From Hydrolagus affinis (Eukaryota): DNA of 64,000 nucleotides. Each line of letters opens with the position of its first letter. The first letter of the stretch is position 1. Positions 37,070-51,859 of the stretch are shown piece after piece. Both the position numbers and the translations under genes were made by a program. The notes below the pieces were generated by a model that worked only from the letters and a program-made list of their open reading frames with translations, made no database searches and had not been told where the DNA came from. Location: NCBI GenBank assembly GCA_012026655.1, contig JAAILG010000005.1, positions 124,001 through 188,000 of the forward strand. The letters run 5' to 3'.

Positions 37070-37183
37070 CAAGCTTGGTTCACATTTTACACAAAATACA
37101 GTCATATAGACTTTGCAAGTGCTTGGAGACATCACAACTCTAATATGCTTTATATCAAATGCAAGGATCATTGTTATTACTAC
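37070..37183 (+). mobile_element. (ATT)n-tailed SINE 3' fragment
   Basis: ACAAAATACAGTCA..TATATCAAATGCAAGGATCATTGTTATTAC. Confidence 0.75.
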
Positions 37184-38339
37184 TACATAGTCCTGCGCAT
37201 CACTGCAAACAAAATGTAGTACTCAAGAGGCCAGCCTTTCTGCTCCCACTTTTTCCATCCGTACTGAGATACATCATGTGAAGTTGTCCACGTCTTCTGT
37301 TTCTTTGACGGAACTGCAACCCCGCTTGAGGCTAGCCTCAAAATGGGTTAAGGACTTTAAACAGGATTTTTGTTTTCTTTAAGTCTCCTCTCTCATTGAG
37401 GGCAGTAGCCACTGCTGCGGAAACTACTTTAGATGAGACATGCCAATTACAAAAGGAAGGGAGAAAAATGTGATCAATTTACTGTCTTCCAGACAGCGAG
37501 TGTCTGCGGAGCGATCGGAAGAGAATTAAATACATTTCATATCACCGTGTATGGCGTATGCATCAATTATAATGCTGAAGTGTGCACAGATTTGTACTGT
37601 ATTTTGCTTGTAAACTGTTGGAAGATTTTATATCTACTTGGTCTTTTCAAATTTTTTATATATATTATGTATACATAGAAAAAATAACACACTATATAAA
37701 TGTTTTTTGGGTTAGTCCAGTAACCAACAACAACTTGCATTTATATAGGGGTGTTGAACCAATGTTAAACAAAAGTATTTGTGCTATTTGGGATATTTCC
37801 AGTGAATTGCAGATATTGTTTAAGCCATTGTCAAGGGCAAGATTAGAACACTGTTCAAGACTGAGTACTGCATTGATTTCTATTTGGTATTAAAGTTTTC
37901 CTGCTGAGTATTGATGTCAGCAGTGGGAACCATATGCTTCTATTTTACTGTGAAATTTGGAATCTATATACAGTACTGTACACAGTTATGCTAATCAGCA
38001 ATGATCTCTCATTTTAAGTGTGCAAGTGTTGCTTCTTCAAATTGCATAGACTTGAATTTCTGATTTTTGAAAGCAATAAACAGATACCTCAACAAGAAAT
38101 GTGTCTGTTTTCATGTGAATTGAAGGAACGGTAGCTTAATAAATGGAGGAAAAATGATATATAACATTAATACAATTTATTTCGACTGGCAGAGGTGCAC
38201 ACCTTTTCCCCAATGACATAGTGAATAAAGGTAAAAGAACCAGTAAGCCATTCCGGATCAGAGAGTTATAGGTTTGATGATCTCGGACGGGACACCAGAT
38301 GTGACACTACAATTGGCTTTGATATTCTTAGGTTAGGGA

Positions 38340-38520
38340 GGGTAGAAAACAAATCTGCCAGTATTCCCACTCCTGATTACTGACCAGTACGCCTGCAAAA
38401 TTAGCGCATACAGACGTGAACTGAAGGCAAGATTGGGTTTGACTGTGATACCTTTCACATCCACATTGTGTGCTGGAGTCTACCTTCAGTGAATGGCAGT
38501 TTTGGTGACATACCAAAGGC
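38340..38520 (+). mobile_element. Ancient LF-SINE-like element
   Basis: CTGCCAGTATTCCCACTCCTGATTACTGACCAGT matches the reverse complement of 52040-52090. Confidence 0.45.
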
Positions 38521-41500
38521 ATGCCTCTGGTCATGCAACATTACCCCAACATTACCCCAGCAACGGTCAGTGAACGTCAGGGAAGAAAATTGGAAATAAC
38601 ATAAAAGGTGAGGTGCAAAATTGAATCTGAGGGAAATTGTTACAAATTGTTGTGATTGCTTGGAGGATGTGCTGGCTGAGCAATATCACATGCAAACAAT
38701 TCGAAGGGAGTTGCGCCAAACCAGTTCTGTACAAAAAAACCAACCACAAATGTTTATTAAATGCATATTACTCCATTTTCTATTATAGAAGTGGAAAATA
38801 TTGTATAGTACAGTACTTGCATCGCTTGGAGTCATACTATGATTATACAAATTACATCTTGGTGTTCTATATTTTTCCTAAAACTCCCCAAAACTAGTTT
38901 GAGCCCTGCAAGTGGTTTATTGCTTACATGTGGTGATGTAATTATTGGTTGAATTTCTCCAAAACATTGAGTTTCCATTTCCACTGCTTTAATTGCGGGG
39001 AGTTGCTGAGGTCAAGCGTATCTCAGGACATTCTTATCCACTTCCTAGTGGGCAACATCAGTGAGACTGTGAGCAGGTGATTTGGCCTATTATCTGTAGA
39101 TGACATGGGCAATGTGATCAGCAAGAAAAAAGTTTGACTAAGAGGGAGACTTCTATCTCAAAAATAAGGCCTATATCCAAAGAACTTTCTTCAGCATTGA
39201 AAGCCACTCTATGATGATAGGCAGGATAAGGTGTAGTGCATGGAATGACAAAATATTCTCCATGTAAGTTGTTAACATACCAAATCTTACCACAAACTGG
39301 ATGGGCGGGGGGTGGCGGGAGTGTGGGGGAGCATGGAGTGAAGATGATGAATCGCAGCAAGATTTGAATGTAAACATATACGTTTTGGGGCTGGTTGCTT
39401 TATGGTACTGTACCTTCTATAATTCCCATTGAAAAAAAATTCCCCCAGAGAAACTCAGTCAAACAATAAAATCCTAGGATTATGAACTCTTAAATAACTT
39501 GCTTCCTTTCTCCTTCTAAGACATTAGGGCAATGGATCACATTGAGAGCAGAGTTTGAAACTCACGGAAAACTTTTGTCATGCTGAATCAAACTGCATTG
39601 TTTGATTTGTCCTCTGCTAATTACTAGTGACTAAGGTTTTCTTTTTATGTTTCAAGAAAACATCTTTCTGCTGCAGAAAGCCCAAGAGCAGGGAAATTCC
39701 TTCCTCCCCCTCTCGACATCCCAAGGGACGGGCACATGCTTTAGTCTTGAGGAAACCTGGCCAATGACCCTTTAGAAACGTTCCTTGGCTAGGAGAAGAG
39801 AAGCAAATAAGAACATAGGGAGGAGGCTTCTCAGGGCAAAGTGCCAGAACTGGTACTTCTGGGAGAAGCAGCTAAGTTTTTGGAATGAAAGGAATTTCAT
39901 ACTATGCACACTGAGAAGATATAGGATCTATTCCAACTCTCAGACTTGTGCAAGGGCTTATCCCATGATTAAGAGAGCTTGTTCTGCTGCTAATTTTTTT
40001 GGAACTGTAAAGATCTTTCATAGGCAGGTTGGGCCGAAACAATTTACATTCCTGAAAATTGAGACAGAAGAGGCAAGCCTAAATTGGCAAATACACAGCC
40101 TATTAATCCAGACATTACATCAATCTGCGCTGTTCATCTGGGCCTGTCAAATGTTGCAAACTTAAAAAGCTGCTGTTTATTAGTGGTCCCTCAGAATGAA
40201 TACTCCATTTTACACAAACCACTCTCTTGTGTAATGCAGAGCTGGAGAGTATCAGGAAACGCAACCAGCCCCAAGACTGGATTCACAATGTCTCAGTGAT
40301 TTGTATCTCATGTGCAAGGATTCAAACACCTTGAAGAGAATACCCTCCACCATCCCGCCAGTATCATTCAGTGGTAACAAAGAAAGTGGTGAAGGATTTC
40401 ACGGAACTCCTTTGAAAGAACATCCTTTATGTTTGACTTGGCTGTCGATAGCCAGCTTCATTTATTGTACATCAATTCAAACAGCTTCACTGTTATAGGG
40501 GCAAAGGCAAGTAGGGAAAAAATAGGAAAGGAGGATTACAAAATTGTGAAGCAGTGTGGGAGAAGATTTCCACCTCCTGCTCCTGGCACCATAATATAAT
40601 TTATGGCACCATATTGTGTATGTGGTTGGGAACAAATACAAAACCTGCTAAAACTACGATGACCACATAACTGGCTATAAGAGAGGGAAAGACCTGATAA
40701 CAATTGTCTACTCTGCAACCTTGAAGGTACAAGGACAGCTTGAGCTTGTTTTTTTTTCTCCTAAAGTAGTTTGTTTTTGCCTTTATTGTTTCATCCATGG
40801 TTCATGGTGAAAAGGAAGCAAGCTAATGGCTGCAATGCCAAACCGTTACTGGGTGGCTTCCTTAGACAGTCACAGCATAAGAAGCCATAGGCATTCCAGT
40901 AATTGGATCAACAGGAAGAAAGATGTGTGAGAAATTAACAAAAAACAGTCCACAGGAAAGACACAGAGAAGTTATATCATGGCCACGGGGTAAGAAGCAT
41001 CAACATGCTCCTACTCAATTTTTTTTTGCTTCATTGCCTTTGGTCATGTATGTGGTCAGCCACACAACCACGTTCAGTGGTGAAGATTATGAAGATTAAT
41101 GATCTCATTGATGTTTACAATACTGGTCAGTAACAGTACCATTTAATGTCAAGCATCTTCTAGAATAAGTGCACCTCAGTTGACCAGAGGCAATCCAAAT
41201 TTAATACATATCCCCAAATCATTTCACACCCATCTAGATGTGAATTAGCTTGTCATCAACCTCATTGATATCTGCGTTCAATTATCATTCAATTAACAAT
41301 GTTTTAATCCCATCCCACCTGGTTTGCAATCTTTCTTTCCTCCCTTAAACCTTTTACAATTTTTCATTTCCTTTGAAATTATATTTTAATTTTGTTTCTT
41401 CCCTTTTTAATTTAGTTCCACGGTTTAATTTAGTTCCACTGGGTCTGTTTAATGTCACAGTCCATATAACAAATTTATCTGGCAAAAGGAACAGACGAGC

Positions 41501-42181
41501 GAAACTGCTCTAGGGCTGAACTGCTGGATCTGAATGTTCTGAATGTTCAAGTATGTCTGAATTGAACCTGTTGAGATTGGTTGAGACAAAGCCCCTGCTT
41601 CGTTTTACATTGTATATGTTTTTAAAAACACAAGTTGCATTTCAAATAAAATCTGAAGACCAAAGGCAACTTGACCTGGTAAAGATTCAGAATCCCAAAC
41701 TTTGTGAATATATAGGTGATCACCTGTGTTTATCCTGAGCGAGCTTCACTGAACAGGTTGCAACAAGATGGGACAATATATACCAGTCAATTCATGGATA
41801 ATACCAAATGCACAATAGTTAGGAATAACAAGTTTATCGTGCAGATGATTAAATCTTCTCAATGTTAGAAAATATTTCTTGTGCATTATAATACAATTTA
41901 CACTTATACAGTAAATTTCACACAACTTCTATAAGCACTTAGATAGCACCCTCTGTGTCAGGCAGTTTCTCAGAATTGGGTCTGTACATTTAATGACTTG
42001 AGTTATGTCAAAATTACATAGATTATAAACTCTTGAATGGGAATTTGGCAGATGTATGATTTAGGTGATTATACAATTTATATGGATGAGACTTATGCAA
42101 GTTTTATTGTATAAAGTGCCTTTCACACCTTGAAGGTCGTGACACTGGTGGTAGGATACAAATGGGAGGGGAATGGGAAAC

Positions 42182-42290
42182 ATAATAACCCTTGCATTTG
42201 ATGTAGTGCCTTATCATGACTTCGAGAAGTCTCAAACCACTTCACAGAACATATTGCAAAGTGAATTGTCTGTATATTTTGTGGGCGAAA
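42182..42290 (-). mobile_element. (ATT)n-tailed SINE 3' fragment
   Basis: CCTTGCATTTGATGTAG..AAGTGAATTGTCTGTATATTTTGTGGGCGAAA. Confidence 0.85.
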
Positions 42291-43724
42291 GATGGCCGAA
42301 AACACAATCGTAGAGGTACATCTTGTAGGAAGCTGCTTTCAGCTACAAATGAGAATACTTTTGTGAAAGAAAAATGTTCCATGCCAAACTATCTCTATGA
42401 TAAAGATTTTGAACTGGCACGAACAACTTGGATGGGGGGAAAAAAAAGATATATTTTGACAACATAAAATCCTGAAAAGCACCTAAAGATTATATACAGT
42501 TATGTGGGGCCAACCTGATCTAATTAATTTCAAGGACGTACACATTGCATTGTCACGGAGGATAGTTTTGGCAGATTTCCCAAACATCAGCTAAGAGTTC
42601 ATTTTATTAATAAGCAGTAAAATGCATGGTCAGAGATCTTGAACAACTCCATGTAGATTAGTTAAAATAACACCACAGCACCCGCAACATGAAAGTCTGT
42701 ATCTGCTGATACATTGCTGCTAGTGCTTAGTTAGGACTGAGAGTTATTAACTTAACCTGAAGATACCTACAGGTGCAGAATGCTAGCTGGTAGTGTGATT
42801 TTGCTAAAGGTTTTTCAGAAATATTCTCTGCTTTTTTTAAAAAAAACTGATGAATGTAACTTTGGAAATGCAAAATAAGTCAATTTAAATCATCCGATTA
42901 GATTTTTTCTAAAAATCTGTCCAATCTACAGTCATTGGTTTAAGTCCTAGCTAGTAACTGCTTACCTATATTCCCTTTTAGAAGATACATCACTCTTCTT
43001 CTGACAGATTATTGGATGGAATATTCCACCGAGATGTAAAGTGGACAGCCTTCATGTTCCCAGAAGTGCATCGAGTCTCGATTTCAACACAGGGAAGTGG
43101 AAGAATACATTGGACAGTGCAATTGGAGCTTGACGAGGGGAGGGGGTGGGGGTGGGAGGGTGTTGGTTGGGTGGAAAAACAAGAAAGGGCTTTCAAAAGA
43201 GCAAGGAACATACCTATAGTAATATTGTTCTCTTAGAGAAAAACAAGAACAGTCGTGACGGAAAGAGAGAGAGAGAGAGAAGCACTACTCAAATGACATG
43301 ACATTTCTTGAATTCTGCCTAGGGCTGAGAGAGAGAGAGAGAATTCCAAATCCGATGTAGCTTAATTTTGAACTTTAAGCTTAAAGATGATTTGAGTACA
43401 CACAGCCACACATTAACTCGTGCAATTCCAGTGTTGTAATACAAAAGATGCTGGGGGGTGATGGGTTTTTAGTAAGATCGAACATTTCCTTGTCCATTGG
43501 CTTGGTGACTGAGTGCATTGAATGCCGAGCAGAAATCTGTGAGAAACACAGAGGTGGAAGTCCCCAGATCTGGAACAAGCTCACTGGACAGCTACAACTG
43601 GGTTTATCACCCTGGATCAGCAAGGTGAATAGTAGGCAGGGCTCCTGCCCCATTTCCCACCTGGTGTAGCTTCCAATACATTGACATGCTGTTCAATTCT
43701 GCATGGCTTCAGAACTGAGCCCTC

Positions 43725-43782
43725 CGAGACATCACAATGACATGATTAAGCTCCATATCAAATCAAAGGATTATTATTATTA
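43725..43782 (+). mobile_element. (ATT)n-tailed SINE tail
   Basis: GAGACATC..CATATCAAATCAAAGGATTATTATTAT. Confidence 0.65.
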
Positions 43783-45639
43783 TCATCTTGTTCCATGTGA
43801 TAGCCACACAGCAGGCACCATTTCATAGCTGCAACCCTACTGGTCTATATATGGCTTATGTTTGGTTAGCTTATAGGTTGGCTTGTGAAGGCTGCCCGCC
43901 ATTGTAGGCCCAACTGCACATAAAGCCTTTGTGTACTTGGAAACACAAGACACTAAACTGGTTTAGTCACTGGCTGCTGAGTGTCTAAAGCAGGTACATA
44001 ATCTTATCTTGTTCCATACGAGATGCTATCACATGTATATGGATGTTAATGCGCATGCAATGCGATGACATCTGCATCCCTTAAAGGCATGGAAATATGT
44101 GAGTGTCACTTTCTGCACAGCAGGAATCAATAGCTAAACCTCGTGTTACACACCTGGCAGTGCCTTAACCACAGAGTCATTGGGAGGGAGAGCAATGCTT
44201 TGTTCTTTACTTGAAACACATGAATGGTTCTTGGAAAAAGTGCTCCATATGAATCATTGTCCGTGAATTTTGAACTCTTAGGCTCTAGATAACAATCTAA
44301 ATTGCCTTTTGCCAGCAAACAACTACGTGCATACCCAGTGTATAAGCCATGAGTTACAACCCAAACTACCTTTTACATGCTTTATTGTGATGAGTGGCTC
44401 TGTGTGCTTACTATGGAAGACTACTTTTGAGATTAGCTCATCACATCTTCATGTGTTGCCAATCCCCAAGGAGCCTCTCCCCATTTCTGTCCCCAAATGC
44501 TTGGGTGATTACAAACTCTAATGCATAATTCAATGGCAGTTCAATGGCAGGTGTTCCTCACTACAGTTGCAAGGCAAGTTATGATAAGCAAATAGCGCAT
44601 GACCACAGGCACAGCTTTTTGGGTTTATTTCAACAAAACTAATGGGAAATGCTTACATAAATTCTGAATGATTTTGGCTGAAGAAGTTCTGAATAAGGTG
44701 GAAGGACGCACACTGTGGGATAACGTGAAATGAAGTACAGGAAGGTCAACATAGTCACTTGTTTCATCATGAAGCATTGGTATGTCCTGAGTTTTGTTAG
44801 AAAAAGGCCCCAAGCAATTTCCCCATTTGTGATTTCAAGTTGTTTATACAATTGAACAGAAAACCTCACTGATACTATGCATGGAAGATAAACAAATTCT
44901 CTGTGACAAACTCATAGGAACAAAAACTAAACATTAATAAGGATTTTTTTAAAAATGTTACAAAGAATTTGGTTAAATCATTCCTTAGGACTCACATCAT
45001 GGATACATGCTAGTTTCCAAATATCTTCCTTCAAAATAAAGAGCAGCCAAAATATGTTAGAGCTCAAGTGATATAAACTACAGTCATAAATCAAAGGTTG
45101 AGGATTTGTTTAACTGTGCACTGAGAAATGCAATTTTCTGAACCTATTAATCTTACGGTTAACAATCTATTCTAGCAGTGTGGTTGACCTTATGGATATT
45201 AATAAGATATACTGTAAACTTAAGTCATCCAACATTAATAATGCCATAGTCCACTTTTAACAGTAAGGCAAACTATCAGACACCAAGCAGTCAATAGCTA
45301 TACAGTGTAGCATGAATAATTTTATCATTGCATCAGCTAAATTAATCTTAAATTCACTGATACTTGAGCATAAAACGTTTGCTGGTGCCTCCATTTGCTT
45401 TACTATTCTGTTGAACGAGTGGCGGGATTCCGAAAGGGGTGAATTTGAACTGGAAATGGCAGCCTGTCATCTGAATACAGGCCCGACGAGAGAACTTCAA
45501 AAATGGCTTGAGAAACATAGCAAATGCTAATTTTACTAAAATGAGCAAATTCTGATTTTTAAGCCGTTAGTGGGGGAACCCAGTAACAATATGGTACTGT
45601 TAAAAAGTGAGCTTTGTACTTGTTAATTTCCCTCCACTC

Positions 45640-46110
45640 AGCGGGCTCCGGCCTGCTTCACGTCCCGTGTCACCTGCCCATGGTGAGCCTGCCTTCTGAA
45701 CCTCAGTCCCACTGCTTTGTGCCCTCCCTTGCTTCCTTCAAGACCCATATCTAGACCCTCTTTTTCAACCATACTTTCCATCACCTTCCATCTCCTAAAT
45801 TCCTAACCAAAACAACAGCAGAGAACTGCTGGGCAATTGTTGTCTGTGTTTCCCAGCTGTTGTGCAAAATAGACTAAAGCAGCACATATGTCAAGTTACT
45901 GCCCTTTATGGCTACTATCCATCTGCGTGACTGCTGATGCAACTTCTTATCAACTCCCACAACAGGCCAGGAATGTGATGGCACGGCTGCTACAAGTTGT
46001 TTGGCTGAAAGAAAATATTGAGCATTAGGTGCGACAGGCATAATGGATCTCATGATAACATGAATCACAACTTTCTCCAATATCGCAATAGTGACCAAAA
46101 GATCAAGCAC
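45640..46110 (+). mobile_element. Decayed L2 LINE fragments
   Basis: TCCTTCAAGACCCATATCTAGACCCTCTTTTTC (L2 3' region), and MNHNFLQ resembling L2 RT 'WMxxNFLQLN'. Confidence 0.45.
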
Positions 46111-46936
46111 ATGATGCTTGACCTTACTGCAGCAGAACGCCAGTATAAGGCACTTTACTATAGACACAGGTTCAATTATAGCTCAGGGCTGGGATATGGG
46201 CACTGACATTTGCCTACCAAAAAATTCTAAAGTGTGGGAAGAAAGTTTACTTTAAAAAGGCTGACACTACCCCGCAAGCTAAAAAAAAAAGGTCAAAATA
46301 CAGGTTTTCAAATGTCCACCAATGTCACCTCAATTGCTTTTGTGCCGGGAAACTGAAATGGACGACTTCTGTGGCTTCCTGCACAAGTGACATCAGCCGC
46401 AACAATACTAATAATCCTTGCATTTGATAAAACAACCCAATTATCCAGAAATTGTGGGTTGTATTTGGTCTGAGCTCCTATTCTTAGCTCTTAATCTAAT
46501 AGTAGCTAATATAGGTGACAATGTGTAGGTGAACAGAGAGCATTTACTAGCCCCTCCACCCCCCACCCCCCCATATCCATGTGCATTTATATAACCCGAG
46601 AGATATTCACAGTCCAGGCTTACATATCAATAGTGGACAGAGAACAACCGATTCCTGTTCACCCACTCTAGTCAAACACAAACCCCCACAGGGGAGGAAG
46701 AGCAGGGATAAAATTAGAGAAGATTGGCAAGAGGTGGGGGGGAAAGAAAATATTACACAATACAGACGAGGAGGAATGTATTCTTTCAATGGAATGTGAC
46801 TCCTTACAGGATATACATCTGCAAACCTGGCAGAAATGCTCATTGTTCCAATTCCAAAAGGCAAGCACAAGCTGCAATTTCTCATTTTATTCCACTATTA
46901 ATGCCATTGTGAAGTTAACATCCTGCCAAATTCAGT

Positions 46937-47253
46937 GGAGTTCTGTAGCTTATATGTTAGAGCACTCGCCTCACAAGTGAGGACATGGGTTCATTTCCCA
47001 GGCAGGGCAAAATGTTGGGCAAGTTTCCTTACTTCACATGTCTGTTTACCTAGCAGTAAGTTGGAACCCAGCTATTGACGATTGGCAGATGCCTTTAAAA
47101 AAATTAAAACAATTTAGTCACTTTATCCACTACTGTATAAAATCAGCTGCCACATTTTACCCACAAAACATACAGTCAATTAACTTGATAGCATATTCTG
47201 TGAATCGATTTGAGACATCTAGAAGATGCGATAAGGCAAGAATTATTATATTA
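46937..47253 (+). mobile_element. tRNA-headed SINE, near full length, with replaced middle segment
   Basis: GGAGTTCTGTAGCT..AGAGCACTCGCCTCACAAG..GGGCAAGTTTCCTTAC, then ~50 nt of non-family sequence (~47045-47092), then the family 3' half. Confidence 0.8.
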
Positions 47254-49642
47254 TTACCTGTCAGTGTCAAGCGCTTATGAATCTGGTTTCAGATTCTCCA
47301 AATTACCTGGATTTACAAAGAACACTATAAAAGTTTGCTTCTAAGTCCTCACGCTATCTTAACATTCCCCTCTCCTTTTAGTGCCTTCCGCCCCCACACC
47401 CACACTCCACGCTGCCCTTCCCTCTCATGCTAGCACACTGCTTGGCACAGTCTGAGCTGCAATTGCTACCATCATATCTCAGTGTTGCTTAACAGGACAC
47501 ATGCTTTATGGAAGCAGGTCAGGTCTCACTGACAATTTTGTTTCTGGCCATAGTATGAGTAGACTGCAATCCCAAAATGCCCCGTTTAACATAGCCAAGA
47601 AATACTAAAACCGACTAAGTAGCTCACAATACAATAGTTCTCAGTGTAATCCTATTCCATTTCAAATCAGTAATAATGCATTTTAGGTTAAATTAACACT
47701 AATTACTTGTTGAAAACATAATGTAATATAGTGAAGCCAGACAGCTATTCCGAAAAACAAGATAGTCACATTTTCCCCTCTCACCTTGTGGTTATTCTGA
47801 TATAAGATTTTTTGTCTATGCATTTGCAATTTTGGTGCTCATTTAGGGTTTCAGCTTTTTTTTAAAAAAAGGTGACAAAAAAAAACACATCAAACACATG
47901 GGGGACAAGAAGGAAATGCTCCTCTCTATAGACACAACTCTACCCATATTCTATATCTCTATCCCATCTTAGACTTTCTTTTAAGAGCTATGATGGTACC
48001 AGAAGTGGTTGAGACACTCAGTCTGGCTCTCTTCCTGACGTGAATCATTTAAAGACCAGAAACCAAATGAGGTTTTGGATGTTGTCCTTGGTGTGAGTGA
48101 ACCATTCAAGGTTTCAGGAATAAAATACAGCTTTGGTTTCAGCGTATACACATAGTACAATAAGAATTTACACCAACTGCAAAGCAGAACATTGCCTTAG
48201 TTTACAGCATGTTTGTTGCACATTTATCATTGTGTCCTTTCATTTTATTGGAGCAAAATTCTCTGGAATCTTGGAAGTGACAATTACCCAGTATCAAAAT
48301 TAGTTGTTTTTTTATCAGGCAAGTTAACTTGACTAATGAATCATGAACTTGCAAATGGATTTACATTTTATCAGTCTAGTTGTGTGTGTGTATGTGGGAT
48401 TGTGAAATACCATGTCTATTCCATAACTATGAACTAATAATTTCACAAGTTCAAGTTGTTTTGCATACGCTAACGTTTGTAACAGCATTTAGGGTTAGGC
48501 CTTAGTTACTGATGGCTTAGTCTGGGATCCGCAATAGACCACAGCTCTCCTTGGATGCCGGGGGTGGGGGGAAGAGAAGGGTGGGGAGAGAAAGCATACA
48601 AAGTAAAGGGAACGGATTAGGCTTGATTGTCATGTTCTCACAAATAATGTTCCGCCAACACTCCCTTTTAATTCTGTGTTGCATTGGAGAAACATGTTCA
48701 ACTCATTCTCGTTCGGTCAATGCACATAAAACGAGTGAGTGTCTCTCTTTCTTTGCAATGTTAGGGGCACTGCAGAATCCACAGTGGAATTTTCCAAATA
48801 GAGTTAAATAGTTACAGACACACACATGGGACTGATATAAATAGCAACCATATCAAATCCACTGATTTTTTTTCAAATTGACCTTTACTGTTAAATACTA
48901 ACATAGCTTAAAAAATAGCAACCCAGCTGTAGAGAATAATAAAAAAAAACTTGAACAACATATCTGCAAGTGCAAAGGCTATAGGAATTAGATTTTGAAA
49001 GAGACAATCTGGAGAAATGTGGGTAGCCTTCTTCTGAGAACTTAGTCAAGGAACAATGGAGTAGGTGAGATGAAAATAAGGGAATTTCCCCATAGTTGCA
49101 AAAGAAACTAACAACAGAAGTGGCTGAAATACAGACTGCCAAGTGTGTCAATGTAGGTGTAAGATGTTTCTTGCTGGACTAGCTGTATGAAGGATAGGAA
49201 TATGCAAATGCCATCAAGTTCAATAACAAACTGTACAGGGAATTTTACAAAGACTTCCTAGAACTTCGATACAATCTCTGTGGTTCATCCCCAGAAGCAA
49301 CTTGATCTTTTCTCCAACCGCTGCCCTTGCTTAGCTCAAGTCCATCTAATAACATCAAAGATTTCAGTCCACCTTTTGTACTTGTGGGCACCTCCCAGTC
49401 GCATTGTGCTCTCTAAAACTTTGAATCCACCTGTTCCACAAACGTTTCATGTTGATGGGGAAACTTTTCTCCTAGAACCATAATATGCAGAAAATTAAAT
49501 GCTGCTTTTAGTTTTTTTTTTAAAAAACACAAAAAAAAAGCACTTTGTAGTTGAAGTCACAGGATATCAACAAGTTGGCTATAGAATTGGATATCTTTAC
49601 TGATTTTTTTTCCTCCCTTGCCATGGACACTGAAATTAGTCA

Positions 49643-49700
49643 TTAATAATAATTTGCATTTGATACAGTGGCCTATTAAGTCTGCCAGACATCTCAAAGT
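49643..49700 (-). mobile_element. (ATT)n-tailed SINE tail
   Basis: AATAATAATTTGCATTTGATA..AGACATCTCAAAG. Confidence 0.65.
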
Positions 49701-50009
49701 TTTTTTTATATATATATACATACACACACACACACACGTGCAGTCCAACTATAGGACAGTGATTATGAGTCTTAGTTGATTTTTCCTGCTCAATTCTATA
49801 GCCAACTGCTGCCTGGTTCAGTTCAGTTAACACAACACAGCCTTTTCTTAGAAAAGGCTTTATTCTCACACAGGCACAGTTAGTCGGTGATACTGTACAA
49901 ATAAAGTAGGTGCAGTGTGGATGACTGTGTGTCTACAAACACTTCCAGCAAGAACAATGGCCTTTTAATAATGTTGCAACATCACCTAATGGGTCGTTTA
50001 GGGAAGCCA

Positions 50010-50300
50010 AGTGTGAAACAGTCATACAAATGCAGAAAATTCCAGATTCAGTCTCCGGTCCATGATGAATTAATCTGATATCCTGACTGTCACACTTCTG
50101 GTTGATCTACACACGTGGAAAATGGGTGAGGGATGGACTGAGATTAATTGTGTTGACCTCCTGAGTAAAATATTCTCTAGGCACTCAATTATCTAGACTC
50201 ACACGTAAACGTAAACGGTGGTCACTTGCATGAAATAAAGAGAGCAATCAGCAGTGCCCCCAGAAAACTAAAAAAAATTCCCCCACAATGAGCATTTAGC
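50010..50300 (+). mobile_element. Ancient LF-SINE-like element
   Basis: GGGTGAGGGATGGACTGAG..CTAGACTCACACGT..GGTCACTTG..CAGTGCCCCCAGAAAACT follows the motif order of the other copies. Confidence 0.4.
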
Positions 50301-51859
50301 TTGAGGGCAGAAATGAGTTTCTACCAACATTTGTACTGTAAGCAACAACGCTACTCAGATTAGCTAATAAATTATGCATTTTCCAACCACACTTGATAGA
50401 CTTGTCATACTCCATGACAGACATGCTGTTGGAACTGGCAAATTAATTGTATAACTATTTACAATGAATATACAGTAAGTTAAAGCTTTCCATTGATGTT
50501 GTCTATAATTGCGCACCCAAGTACTGCTGCTCCTCATTCAGTGAAATCATAGTTAAGTTGCATTTCTCTCCTTGGGCACCGTCAATGGCAGCTCTGCAGT
50601 AACTGACCACATGCAGTGGAACAATAAAGGATGGTCCTATTGATTTCCTCAAGACCCTTCCCAATGATATAGAACTCTGGTATCGCAAAGGGCTCCATCT
50701 AGTGGATTGATTGACGCTAGCAAACTATTGAACTGGTGCAAAACTAATGAGTCAACTTAGATTTGTACCTTGCTCTCAAATAGGAATCCAGCCACAAACC
50801 ATCCAATCAATATTATTGCACTGTGTAATCATAAAGGCTAGGCACTGAAAGTATTTTTTTTTAATGGGTTTTCTTCCCTTTTCCTTATGAAATCTCAAAG
50901 GAGGTTAAATAAACACGCGTGAATCAACCAAGTTGAAGAGCAAGACCATTTTAAAACAAAAGTAAGATTGACAAACCAGAGGAATTCTCTGCTGTCAAAC
51001 CTAACAAAGACAGGGATGACTGAGTGAACTAAGGGGAAAGGGAACCGCGCAATATGAAATTTAGACTTGCTAGAAGGATGGATGCCTTCTCACTATCCTG
51101 AAAAGCTATAATCTATAAAATAATAATTATTTAGTGCGTTTTATGAGTGAATTGAAAGGAAGATAAATATAATATTACATCAGGAAATGCAGACTAGTCA
51201 TTAAGGGACATGATAAAAGTCCAATTGACATCTCCAGCAACTAACTCAAGGTAAGAGAGGACAATGATATACATTTTTAAAACCCTCTATATAGAAGAGA
51301 ACTCTCTTACTCTAAACAAAATAAACAAAAAAGGATTATGAAGCTAGTTTTCAGAAAGAATGATCTCCTGTTTATACCAGACATCCTACGATAATTGGAT
51401 TTGCAATGTGGATAAGCCTTAACTACAGTAGTTTACAAAATATAAACTGAAGTTTTCTCCACACAACACAAGCACCCACATACACACCCCGTATGTGTAT
51501 GTGTGTGCGCACGCGTGAGCACGCGCTTTGGTGCTGATGCAGTGATATAATATTATTGCATTGCCATATCAACAAAGTATCTGACTGACAAACTGCCCAG
51601 CAGCTTCACAGCAACTGGAGGCAGACCACCCACCAAGATCGGTCTGTTACAATCCAGACCAGTTTGCTACCAACCTTCCTGCTTGTCTTTTAACTGGCAA
51701 CTTGAAAGCACATTGTCTGGGGAAATATTCAGAATAAAGTACAGTACTGAAGTTTACAACCACCATTATAACTAGGTTAGGTGTGCTATGACCGGGTATA
51801 CAGCCCAATTAACTCTTAGAATTCCAACAGGTTGAAGGAAATTGTTGTCTCACGATACC

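Noticed and set aside
42848-42870. CTGATGA...GAAA possible hammerhead
   Set aside because: No stem II between the boxes, and no NUH or stem I.
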